A DNA stretch of 64,000 bases from Octopus sinensis (taxonomy: Eukaryota): contig NC_043018.1 of NCBI RefSeq assembly GCF_006345805.1, forward strand, positions 19,530,001-19,594,000, read 5' to 3'. Below are positions 51,730 through 64,000 of this stretch, in pieces. The number at the start of each line of letters is the position of its first letter. The stretch's first letter is position 1. The position numbers were made by a program, and so were the translations under genes. The notes under the pieces were generated by a model. That model searched no databases. It had not been told where the DNA came from and worked only from the letters and a program-made list of their open reading frames with translations.

Positions 51730-53225
51730 AGCCAGTACCCCGCAATCGACTGGCCTCCGTGCTGTGGGCACAACAAACACCATCCGATCGTGGCCGTTCG
51801 CCAGCCTCATCTGGCACTGTGCCGTGGCACATAAAGACACCATCCGAAGACCGCCGCGACGTAGTCAGTCCACCTGTGCATACCTTCCCTCTTATGACAC
51901 TTGTGAAGACCTGTTGAGGCAAGTGTGTGACACTTGTGAAGACCTGTTGAGGCAAGTGAAAATCAAACCAAATCAAAAAAATAGATGAATATCAATGGAA
52001 TTTGTATCTGTGGTTCCAGTACCGGTGGCACACAAGAAAACCATCCGAAGTGGCCGTAGTAGCTGGGTACCTCACGACTGGCCTCCTCCGCTGTGGGCAC
52101 AACAAACCCATCTGATCGTGGCCGTTCGCCATCCTCACCTGGCACCTGTGTCGTGGGCCATAAAAAAACACCATCCAAAGACCCGGCGACGTAGTCAGTC
52201 CACCTGTGCATACCTTCCCTCTTATGACACTTGTGAAGACCTGTTGAGGCAGAGGCAATGTGTGACACTTTGTGAAGACCTGTTGAGGCAGAGGCAAGTG
52301 TGTGACACTTGTGGAGACCTGTTGAGGCAAGTGTGTGACACGCGTGACACTTGTGAAGACCTGTTGAGGCAAGTGAAAATCAAACCAAATCAAAAAGATA
52401 ACATCAATGGAATTTGTATCTTTGTGGTTCCAGTACCGGTGGCACACAAGAAAACCATCCGATCGTGGCCGTTCGCCAGCCACATCTGGCACCTGTGTCG
52501 GTGGCACATAAAGACACCATCCGAAGACCCTGCGACGTAGACAGTCCACCTGTGCATACCTTCCTTCTTGTGACACTTGTGAAGACCGTTGAGGCAAGTG
52601 ACACTTGTGAAGACCTGTTGAGGCAAGTGAAAATCAAATCAAATCAAAACAAATCAAATAGATGAGCATAAATGGAATTTGTATCTTTGTGGTACCAGTG
52701 CGGTTGCACACAAGAAAATCATCCGAACGTGGCCGTAGCCAGTACCGCATAGACTGGCCTCCGTGCTTTGGGGACGTAACAAACACCATCCGTCGGCCGT
52801 CCTCCGCCAGCCTCATCTGGCACCTGTGTCGGTGGCACATAAAGACACCATCCGCGCGTGCCGTCTGCCAGCCTCGTCTGGCACCTGCCAGCCTCATCTG
52901 GCACCTGTGTCGGTGGCACATAAAAACACCATCCGAGCGTGGCCGTCTGCCAGCCTCGTCTGGCACCTGTGTCGGTGGCACATAAAAACACCATCCGAGC
53001 GTGGCCGTTCGCCAGCCTCGTCTGGCACCTGTGTCGGTGGCACATAAAATCACCCACTACACTCTCGGAGTGGTTGGCGTTAGGAGGGCATCCAGCTGTA
53101 GAAACACTGCCAGATCTGACTGGCCTTGTTGCAGCCTTCGGGCTCCCCATACCCCAGTTGAACCGTCCAACCCATGCTAGCATGGAAAACGGACGCTAAA
53201 TGATGATGATGATGATGATGATGAT
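51730..53225 (+). mobile_element. Composite tandem-amplified RTE-tail-related repeat
   Basis: Three 250-420-bp blocks, ~30-bp and ~60-bp sub-repeats, ending catgctagcatggaaaacggacgctaaa(tga)n. Confidence 0.7.
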
Positions 53226-54227
53226 GTATATATAGGATATATATATATATATATATACATATATGTATGTATATATATATAAAGTAATGCATATATGTAT
53301 ATATATATGTATATGTATATATAGTAATATATATATATAATATAACATATATGTATATATATATATATATAAGTATATGCATATATGTATATATATATGT
53401 ATATGTATATATATATGTATATGCATATATACATATACATATATGTATGTATATATATATATATATATGTATATGTATATATGTAATATATATATATATG
53501 TATACGCACACATATATATATATATATTTATATAAAAGTGTATATATACAATTGTGTTTATGTGTGTGTGCATGTATGTGTGTGTATACATATATATATA
53601 TATATACACATATATAATTATATTTTCATTTGTATATATATATGTGTGTGTGTGTGTATGTGTGTATGTATTTATATATGCACATACACACATTCTTATT
53701 TATGTTTTTTTATGTGTATATATATTTATATATAGATAGATAGATACACACACACACACATAAACATTTATATACATAAATATAAATTCCTTTATGTGTG
53801 CATGTATGTGGTGGTGGTGGTGGTGGTGGTGGTATTATCTCAATTATTTATTATTATTACTATTAATAAAATGATATTTTGTCAGAGTATAAACCTAATT
53901 TTTTTTGTTTTATTTTTTTTTGTTTTGACTGTTTGCAAAACAGAACATTCTATTTATTAATGTCATGGCAGAAAAGAGTGTTGGAACTGCGAAGGGAATG
54001 ATCATAGGTTCAATACCAACCCATATGAAGTACTTATGCAAGTTTAGACAAATTATTTCACAATGGTAAATTTTATGGATAAAGACATTTCATGATGGTG
54101 CTGAAACTGATGTTTGCTCGTTTGTGAGAGAACAGTCTTGTAACAGGGTTTAAAAGGAATGCATCATTAGCAGGGTGAGTCAAGAGATTCTTGGTTCAAA
54201 TCGTATCGTTGGGACTTAGAAGTAACA

Positions 54228-54480
54228 GTAAAGCTGTGGAGTAAGAAGTTCACTGTCTAATAACATGGTTCCAGGTTCAGTCCCACTTCGTGACACCTTG
54301 GGCCAATGACTTCTACTATAACCTCAGCCAAACAAAAGCTGTGGAGTAAGAAGTTCACTGTCTAATAACATGGTTCCAGGTTCGGTCCCACTTCGTGACA
54401 CCTCGGGCCAATGACTTCTGCTATAACCTCAGCCAAACAAAACTTTGTGAGTGGATTTGGTTGAGGGAAACAGAAAGAAT
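54228..54480 (+). mobile_element. SINE family 1 head with ~110-bp tandem duplication
   Basis: aaagctgtggagtaagaagttcac.. occurs twice. Confidence 0.75.
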
Positions 54481-54492
54481 CTTGTTATGTAT

Positions 54493-54585
<93 letters not shown>

Positions 54586-54842
54586 TGTGCATGTATATAT
54601 AAACATATGTACAGAGAAATGAAAGATAAAGTCATCACAGCATATCTGAAGCACCTCGAACTTCTCTTGAAATAAAAACTCTCTACAAGGAACCTTGTGA
54701 CTGCTATCAATGTGTGAGATATTGCTGGACATGAGTAGAGACTGACCAATTCGATTGCACTACCTGAAAGAGGATGATAGTACCTTCCACCCTCGGTGAA
54801 TGTACACAGGCTGTACACCTTGAGTGACTTCAACACAACCAA

Positions 54843-55049
54843 AGCATTGGGGCAAACCTGGATGTCGACGAGGAATACCTGATCCACCTGCTCAGGATGA
54901 CTTTCGGGCCAGGACCCATGGACAATTTCCAGAGATCCCTGGCCTGGCAGTGCTACCGAGAAGCGCTACCTGTTCGGGATAACCTCTACAGACACGGCTC
55001 GAGAATAACGGAGCCAACCTCCCTGAGATGCAGTCAGAGCGACGAAGTG
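54843..55049 (+). mobile_element. L1/Tx1-clade C-terminal zinc-binding fragment
   Basis: SLAWQCYREALPVRDNLYRHGSRITEPTSLRCSQSDE. Confidence 0.65.
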
Positions 55050-55175
55050 CATCAGCAGCAAGAGAAGAAACATTGCAGAGTATTTGGTAAACAGCAAACA
55101 AGACCTGCTACCAAATGCTGGTAATGCAGAAGGATTTGCCAACAATGGATTGCTAATGAATTCTAATTGTGAATA

Positions 55176-55570
55176 GGCGCAGCAGTGGCCGTGTGGTAAG
55201 TAACTTGCTAACCAGCCACATGGTTCCAGGTTCAGTCCCACTGCGTGGCACCTTAGGCAAGTGTCTTCTACCATAGCCGCAGGCCGACCAAAGCTTTGTA
55301 AGTGGATTTGGTAGATGGAAACTGAAAGAAGCCCATCGTATATATGCATATATATATGTGTGTGTGTGTTTGTGTGTCTGTGTTTGTCCCCCTAGCATTG
55401 CTTGACAACTGATGCTGGTCTGTTTATGTCCCCGTCACTTAGTGGTTCGGCAAAAGAGACCAATAGAATAAGTACTAGGCTTACAAAGAATAAGTCCCGG
55501 GGTCAATGTGTTTGACTAAAGGTGGTGCTCCAGCATGGCCACAGTCAAATGACTGAAACAAGTAAAAGAG
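55176..55570 (+). mobile_element. SINE family 1
   Basis: Full-length head to tail. Confidence 0.9.
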
Positions 55571-55609
55571 AGAGAGAGAGAGAGAAACAATGAGAGAGAA
55601 AAAAACACT

Positions 55610-56790
55610 ACTCTGCATGGAATTACAGGGTCAGTTCCACTAAACTAACAACTTAAAAGATAAGGAAGCATCATGGAGGTGGCTCAGCAAGGGTGGCCTA
55701 AAAAAGAAGATTGAATACCTAATCATTGCTGCCTAGGATCAGGCATTGAATACCAACTCAGTAGAAAGAGTTATATACCACACAAGTGTAACGAACCTCT
55801 GCAGAATGTGAGGTAAGAGGGTCGAAAGCATGACTCACATTATTAGTGCTTGAGAAAGTCTTACACAGAAAGAGTACAAGCACAGACATGACAAGGTATC
55901 CCTAAAACTCCACTGGCTACTGTGCCAGAAGCATGGATATCAGGTAACAAGTGTTTGGAACCAACATACACCGGAAAAGGTAATGCATGTAAATGAGAAG
56001 GCAAAGATCCTCTGGGACTTTGACTCCCTGATAGACAAGACATTAGAACACTGAAGACCAGATATTGTAGCCTTTAGAAGGAACAAACAAGAGTGCCCAA
56101 TAATCAACGTGGCAGTGTAAGGAGATCAACATATTATAGGTGTGGTAAGTAGCTTGCTTACCAACCACATGGTTCTGGGTTCAGTCCTACTGCGTGGCAC
56201 CTTGAGCAAGTATCTTCTATTATAGCCTCGGGCCAACCAAAGCCTTGTGAGTGGATTTGGTAGACAGAAATTGAAAGAAACCCATCGTATATATGTATAT
56301 ATATATATATATATGTATGTGTGTCTAGTCTATATGTTTGTGTGTCTGTGTTTGTTCACCCAACATTGCTTGACAACTGATGCTGGAGAGTTTATGTCTC
56401 CGTAACTCAGCGGTTCAGCAAAAGGGACCGATTGAATAAGTACTAAGCTTATAAAGAATAAGTCCTGGGATCAGTTTGCTTGACCAAAGGCAGTGCTCCA
56501 GCATGGCCACAGTCAAATGGCTGAAACAAGTCAAAGAATATTGTCATGAAAGAAAGAGAAGAGATTGATAAATATGGAGACCTAAGAATTGAGATTGCTA
56601 AGATGTGGCAGCTACGAGGGTCAAACGTAAAGTTTGTCCCTATTGTCATCGGAGCATTGGGTTCAATACCACCCAAGCTGAAGAAACATCTGGAAACTTT
56701 AGAAATACTCTACAATCTAGGTGTATTGTAAAAATTGACTTTAATTGGAACTGTACACATACTGTGTAAGAAGATACTGTCTACCTGAGG
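55610..56790 (+). mobile_element. R4/Dong-clade element 3' region (CCHC plus RLE), interrupted by SINE 56138-56537
   Basis: WRWLSKGGLK..CRM..THIISA..HRHDKV..ILWDF..RPDIV..GDQHI|VMKEREEIDKYGDLRIEIAKMW..VPIVIGALGSI; atatt at both SINE junctions (56131, 56538). Confidence 0.85.
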
Positions 56791-57202
56791 GCCTTGTTGT
56801 GACTTGAAAGACAAAACAATTTCCTGTACACACAAAATCTTCAATTTACAATATCACAATATTGGATACTGTGTAAGGCAGCGAGCTGGCAGAAGTGTTA
56901 GCACGCCGGACAAAATGCTTAGTGGTACTCTTTGTCTGTCTTTATCTTCTGGGTTCAAATTCCACTGAGGTCAACTTTGCCTTTCATCTCTTCAGGGTCG
57001 ATTAATTAAGTACCTGTTGTGTACTGGAGTCGGTCTAATCGATTGGTCCTCTCCCCCCAAAATTTCGAGCTTTGTGCCTAGAGTAGAAAATAATATTAGA
57101 TACTGTGTGACATCTACAATAATAATAATGATAATGATTATAATAATAATAATAATAACAATAATAATAATAATAATAATAATAATAACCGCATCTCAAG
57201 GC

Positions 57203-57560
57203 GGTTACAATACCAGTGATCGTAGGAGCACTAGGAATGATCAAGAAGGGAACCGAAAATTATATGAGAATGATCCCTGGCTTACCATCCCTGCAAGAAG
57301 TGCAAAAGATTGTCTTAACTGGTACATCACACGTATTGAGAAGAGCATTGTCGATGTGAGAACTATTACTACCCATGTATTTTAATTTAACTTTATTTCT
57401 ATCAAAAAAAAAAAAGAACGAACTAGTGAGTTTAGTTTAATGGCCTACCAATGTATACTATGAGTTTCTTTGCCCTAGGTGTCGAGAAGACACTCGGCAA
57501 GAAATGGAAGCAAATTTGAAAGAAGAAGAAAAAATGATAATAATAATAATAGTAATGATA
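57203..57560 (+). mobile_element. R4/Dong 3' end between (AAT)n runs
   Basis: VTIPVIVGALGMIKKGTENYMRMIPGLPSLQEVQKIVLTGTSHVLRRALSM*. Confidence 0.75.
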
Positions 57561-59313
57561 ATAATCATCTGAAATGGAAAAGCAACTTCGATGCCTGTCT
57601 CCAAACTTTGGTATAAACCTGTCTTGAGTTGTATAGAAGAAAACTTATCGCAGTTGGTTTTGGTTTTGGTGCTTGGAACCGATTATTTTTGGTTTGTTTT
57701 GGTTTTGCTGGGTTCTTTTCTTTTATTTAATCTTTTCTTAAACGTTAAGACTACTTTGGATCAAATATCTTAATCCACTTTTACAGGCCAACAACTAAAC
57801 TGAACGAGGAATTCAATGTCTTTTATCTTCTCCTCTCTATCTCTCTCTCTCTCTCTCTCACTCTCTCTCTCTCTCTCTCCCTCTTCCTTTCTTTCTCCCT
57901 TTGCTTCTCTCTATCTCTTTCCCTATCCCTCTCTCTCTCTTTCTCCTTCTCTTTATCTTGCCATATTTCCCCCTTTCCCATCTTGCTCTCTTTCTTCCCT
58001 CTTTCTCCCTCTCTTTCCCTTTCTTCTTTCTTTCACCATCTCTTTCCTCCTCATTCATCTATTTGTCACATGTAGTCTCTGCCATTCCAACCAATTCCGT
58101 TTAAAATGGCTAAAAAAGAATTAATATCTTGACTTGCCATTTATTTCTGTCTTCTATTCAGAAGATTAAAGAAAATGAAAATCCCCAGATATTTTGTGGT
58201 GGTGGGAGAAAAAGAGGGGGAGCGAGAGAGAGAGAGAGAGAGGCAGAGGTGGAGGTGGAAGGAGAAGGGGAGAGATAGAAAGATAGGGGGAGGGGAGGAG
58301 ATAGAGAAAGAGAGAGAGGGAGAGAGAAAGAAAGAGAGAGAGGGAGAGAGAAAGAAAGAGAGAGAGGGAGAGAGAGAGAGAAAGAGAGAAGAATTATCAA
58401 GAAAAATTCCAGTTAAATAGAATAACCATTTTTTTGGCCTTGTTTTTAGTTTCTAAAGCAAACTTCAGTTTGAAGAGGTTCTTCAACTCTTCTAATTTCC
58501 CAGATTCATGTTGGAGGAATATAATGTTGATCTAAAGAGTCCATTAGGCTTCTTGTGAGAGCTCAAAGCCTCTCAAAGCATGAGCCAAACACAAAAGAGG
58601 AGATTTGTAGGACACATTCCACCCTTCTTATGAGGAGCCATCAGGGGGCGATGACAGCATTGATCCAATACATTCGTCCTACTCCACCCCCAGCACATTG
58701 TTTCCGGTGGGAGCAGATGATATTGCTGACAAGACCAATATGGGGCAGACAGATCCTGTGGCACTCTTAATTCCTTTATCTACCAAGGTACTTTCAATTT
58801 GGATAGCTGGTCCCTCAGTTGAGCCAGCATTTGGCAGACTCTCTTTCTCCCATTCATTCTCTTTATTGAGTGCCAGTGGCACGTAAAAAGCACCATCCGA
58901 TCGTGGCTGTTTGCCAGCCTCATCTGGCACCTGTGCAGGTGGCACTTAAAAATCATCCAGCTGTAGAAATACTGCCAGATCAGACTGGGCCTGGCACAGA
59001 CTTCTGGCTTCCCAGACCCCAGTTGAACCGTCCAACCCATGCACCGTCCAACCCATGGAAAACGGATGTTAATCGATGATAATGATGACGATGATTTCAT
59101 AGTGGCATCTCCAAACCTCTCTTTTTTGCAGCCTCATTTAGTGCAAGTGAACCATCATCCATGCAAACACATTTCTCTCCTACAACATCACGGTTCTCTC
59201 ATATATCTGTATATTTATAAAAAGCAAGTTTGTTTATATGTTGACTGCAAATTTCACTCAAGCTGATAAAAAAAACTGCTTAAGAGAACAGCTGTTAACA
59301 GAACAACTTCATA

Positions 59314-59479
59314 GGCGCAGGTGTGGCTGTGTGGTAAGTAGCTTGCTTACCAACAACATGGTTCCGGGTTCAGTCCCACTGCGTGGCACCTTGGGCAAGT
59401 GTCTTCAACTATAGCCTCGGGCCGACCAAAGCCTTGTGAGTGGATTTGGGTAGACGGAAACTGAAAGAAGCTTGTCGTA

Positions 59480-59519
<40 letters not shown>

Positions 59520-59730
59520 TGTGTGTCTGTGTTTGTCCCCCAACATCACTTGACAACTGATGCTGGTGTGTTTACGTCGCCGTCACTTAGCGGTTCGGCA
59601 AAAGAGACCGATAGAATAAGTGCTGGGCTTACAAAGAATAAGCCCCGGAGTCGATTTGCTCCACTAAAGGTGGTGCTCCAGCATGGCCACAGTCAAATGA
59701 CTGAAACAAGTAAAAGAGAGTAAAGAGTAT
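59314..59730 (+). mobile_element. SINE family 1
   Basis: Full-length. Confidence 0.9.
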
Positions 59731-60015
59731 AGTAACACAGCCAGATATGCATACATCAGAGAATAGGAAATATCATGGTAATGACAAGTCAGGTCGGAAT
59801 TTAGAACATTTTCTCATGAAGTGTGGTGACTAGCAGCCTTTAACTATGATCTGACACATGGGCACTGTGGTAGATGCCTTATGAATACATTTTGGCAGGG
59901 TACAGACTGAGGCAAAGGCCAGGCGATCGCTAGTATATATACATGTATACACATACACACACACACATACTCTCAAACACACTCACATACAATGCCTGTG
60001 CACACACATACACAT

Positions 60016-60115
<100 letters not shown>

Positions 60116-60186
60116 AACTTATTTGGAAGTGGATGCGTGACGTTTGATCATATAATAACAAAATAATAAATAAAACATATGCATAT

Positions 60187-60226
<40 letters not shown>

Positions 60227-60229
<3 letters not shown>

Positions 60230-60735
60230 TAAAATAGCATGTACGTTAAAACACATTAAGAGGCTTCCATCATAGGAAAGCCTTGTGCTAGAAAGAAGAG
60301 TTGAAGTTCAAACCACTAATTAGGGATAAATTCTCGAAGGGAATGAAAAATAAAAACATTTACCATCTAATTTAATTCCCGGACCATGGTTTCTGACTTA
60401 TTTCAGAAAAATGAAATTTACTGAGGCCGTCTTCCTCAGCGGGTAGCCTAAGATTTAATTGTATACACAACGAGATAGATTGAGCATGTAAACTCATTGT
60501 TTGTATATTCTAATTTTTCAAATCCACTGCGCAGTCGCAGTCTATTGTTGGCAACAATAAGTCAGAAACCATGGTCCGGGAATTAAATTAGATGGTAAAT
60601 GTTTGTTTTTATTTTTCATTCCCTTTGAGAATTTATCCCTAATTAGTGGTTTGAACTTCAACTGTTCTTTCTAGCAGAAGGCTTTCCTATGATGGAAGCC
60701 TCTTAATGTGTTTTAATGTACACGATATTTTATAT
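60227..60735. mobile_element. Foldback/MITE-like element, ~176-bp inverted arms, 153-bp spacer
   Basis: 60227-60402 mirrors 60556-60735 with several substitutions. Confidence 0.75.
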
Positions 60736-60974
60736 GAATAATATATTGCTTATTGACTAAATTTTTATTTGTGCTAGACCACTGGTAGTAAAAATTTCTA
60801 TAATTCTCATTACCCTAATATTATTTATATGAATATATAGACATAAATAGATAGATACATAGAAAGATAGGTAGATAGATAAATAGACAGGTAGATAGAT
60901 AGATAGATAGATAAATAGAAAGATAGATAGTTAGATATGCAAATATATATAAAAAATATATATGTGTATATATT

Positions 60975-61067
<93 letters not shown>

Positions 61068-61214
61068 TTAAATTCATTATACATAAATACATTCTTCATA
61101 TATACATATTTATGTTTGTGTGTGCATAAATATGTGTATATATACACACACACACACATACACATATATATATATATATATATATATAAATGTATATGTA
61201 TATATATATATAAT

Positions 61215-61262
<48 letters not shown>

Positions 61263-61363
61263 CACATATATATACATATACATTTATATATATATATATA
61301 TATATAAATATAATATATATATATGTATATGTATATATATACACATATATATACATATACATT

Positions 61364-61425
<62 letters not shown>

Positions 61426-61885
61426 GTGTGTATATATATACATATTTATGCACACACACACATATATATATGAAGAATGTATTATGTATAATAAATTTAA
61501 GTATCTTTCTTCCCTCCATTCACCTCATTGCCTCTTCTGGTGTAAGCCTATTGCAAACATTGTGTGTAATGAACTTAGAAGATTCAGATTAGAAATATAT
61601 ATTTCAATATTTTTAAGTGATAGCTTGAAGAATGTTAATATATGCTAATATATGCAAATATATGCAAATATATGCTGATATGTAACTACAGTTATCAAAC
61701 AATTTTCCTCCAGTAAAGCATTTTATTTACTGCAGTAGATAAACATCTTATTAAGTTTTAAAACAACATATTGAAATTTACTTTAAGTGATATTTCACTT
61801 GTGCTTCACCGAATCCAGTTGTTACATACAAATACTGCACATATATCCACACACATATACATAAATATTATACATATTATGCATA

Positions 61886-62737
61886 TACAGTAAACGTGTT
61901 AAACATATAGGTGCAGGAGTGGCTGTGTGGTAAGTAGCTTGTTTACCAACCACATGGTTCCAGGTTCAGTCCCACGGCGTGGCATCTTGGGCAAGTGGTT
62001 TCTGCTATAGCCCCGGGCTGACCAAAGTGAGTGGATTTGGTAGACGGAAACTGAAAAGAAGCCCGTCGTATATATGTATATATGTATATGTGTGTGTTTG
62101 TGTGTCTGTGTTTGTCCCCCCAACATCGCTTGACAACCGATGCTGGCATGTTTATGTCCCCGTTACTTTGCGGTTCGGCAAAAGAGACCGATAGAATAAG
62201 TACTGGGCTTACAAAGAATAAGTCCCGGGGTCAAGTTGCTCGATTAAAGGCGGTGCTCCAGATGGCCGCAGTAAAAATGAGTGAAACAAGTAAAAAAAAA
62301 AAAAATATACAGTAAACGTATTAAACATATAGGCACAGGAGTGGCTGTGTGGTAAGTAGCTTGCTAACCAACCACATGGCCCCGGGTTCAGTCCCACTGT
62401 GTTGCATCTTGGGCAAGTGTCTTCTGCTATAGCCCCGGGCTGACCAAAGTGAGTGGATTTGGTAGACGGAAACTGAAAAGAAGCCCATCGTATATATGTA
62501 TATGTATATATGTATGTGTGTGTTTGTGTGCCTGTGTTTGTCCCCCCCAACATCGCTTGACAACCGATGCTGGTGTGTTTATGTCTCCGTTACTTAGCGG
62601 TTCGGCAAAAGAGACCGATAGAATAAGTACTGGGCTTACAAAAAGAATAAGTCCCGGGGTTGAGTTGCTCAATTAAAGGCGGTGCTCCAGCATGGCTGCA
62701 GTCAAATGACTGAAACAAGTAAAAGAGTAAAAGAGTA
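61886..62737 (+). mobile_element. Tandem duplication of a SINE family 1 copy plus 25 bp of 5' flank
   Basis: tacagtaaacgt.ttaaacatatagg at 61886 and 62308. Confidence 0.85.
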
Positions 62738-62947
62738 TATAATAAAATACACAAATTACACACACATATTGTGCATATTATACGTATGGCTGCGTGGTAA
62801 GAAGCTTGCTTGCCAACCACATGGTTATGGTTTCCATTCACTGCATGGTACCTTGGGCAGCTGTCTTCTAGTATAACCTCGGGCTGACCGAAGCTTTGTG
62901 AGTGGGTTTGCTAGATTCTTCATTAACTAAATTCTTCATTATTTTCC

Positions 62948-63339
62948 CGTTCACGTTAGATTGACAGTATACAACTATTCTATCGCCCCACCACCGTACA
63001 TATCTCTATGAGAGATTTAGAAATTTAATATTTCTGATTTTGGTAATCAGTGTATAAACTTCACAGAGAATTAGATATATACATTCGCGAGTCGAGGCAG
63101 ATATCAACAGCTGACGGGCGTCTGCTACTCTAGACCGATGAAGGACAATGATCCTGAAACATGCGTGTCTCTAGATGCAGGCCTGGCTGCTGGGGGTGTT
63201 TGTCTCCCCTTCGTAAATGTATATAAGGACACAGGAAAAATGTGTCAAAGCCATCAGAAGGCGTCGATGCTTCCTAGGGCTAAACAGCGGTGGTGTAACC
63301 CCCTACTGTCACGTTCACGTTAGATTGACAGTATACAAC
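62948..63339 (+). mobile_element. Hammerhead-bearing direct-repeat-bounded element (retrozyme/pLTR-like)
   Basis: 28-bp identical direct repeat at 62948-62975 and 63312-63339. Confidence 0.7.
63129..63175 (+). ncRNA. Type I hammerhead, CCGAUGA variant
   Basis: tctaga-CCGATGA-agga.caatga.tcct-GAAA-catgcgtg-TC-tctaga; GUC triplet. Confidence 0.65.
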
Positions 63340-64000
63340 CAAACACAATGTATTTCTACAGAAAATATGGTGAAGAAAGAGTCAAAACGTGTTTCAGATT
63401 CTGACCTGGAAATGAAAAGATTGGTTATTTTACTAAATTCTTCAAATTCACTGGTTACTTTTAAAATCAATTGAGACATACTGGCAGTAGATTTCAAAAT
63501 AAATTTTAGTCATAAATATCAAATATTAACAACAACAACAACAACAACAAGATTTACAGGAATGTTTGTCATATAACTGACTGTTATTTCACAAAACCAT
63601 CTGCTAGAGCAGAACTAAAAGAGTTGTTTCAAAACAACGAAATTCTAAACTTGGAACAGCCTCTCCATAATAATCATTATTATTTCTGCTTAATTATTGC
63701 TAACGAGAATTCCTAGAAATGGAGAAATATCCTGATATTTTGATATTTTCATGAAGAGATCAAAGCAGAAGTGAAAGCCAGTTAATTTCGCCTTTCATCT
63801 TTCCTGTGTGAATGGAACAGTTATTAGTATTACATTGGAGTTAATTCAATAAAACTATTTGCCTAACCTAAAACATTTGGCTCCACAAATACTTAGAAAA
63901 GACATCAATGTTAAAGACAAACTTTGAGAGTTCTTGACGTAGTTTAAGAATTCAACACAAGATGTATTTCAATCAGGAAACGAATGATTTTGCTTTTGGC

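Noticed and set aside
51880-52640. CRISPR-like ~30-bp hairpin repeats
   Set aside because: No unique spacers, no cas genes, eukaryotic retroposon context
58560-58870. Short overlapping ORFs in unique sequence
   Set aside because: No recognisable domain or splice-site pair
60380-60445. Minus-strand CTGAGGA..GAAA hammerhead
   Set aside because: No stem I and no viable stem III

Overview
AT-rich, microsatellite-saturated animal genomic DNA that looks intronic or intergenic. The repeat landscape resembles an Octopus/coleoid cephalopod genome (my inference from recognising the repeat families, not from a search). No intact protein-coding gene is supported: nearly all long ORFs in the track are translations of simple repeats. 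Contents: four tRNA-derived SINE families; an RTE-tail-related interspersed repeat; decayed RTE, R4/Dong, Tx1/L1, Penelope (GIY-YIG), Ty3/gypsy, mariner and Tc1 fragments; a piggyBac-type MITE; a Helentron/HINE-like family; and several higher-order satellites. The most notable signal is a set of type I hammerhead ribozyme motifs (10 complete, plus partial ones) from at least five unrelated short repeat families. Many have palindromic stem III as in Penelope-like element (PLE) hammerheads, several lie as mirror-image pairs in long palindromes, and two families share a non-canonical CCGAUGA core. One of those is a ~365-bp unit bounded by direct repeats, resembling a non-LTR retrozyme. All structures were read by eye; none was computed or tested.
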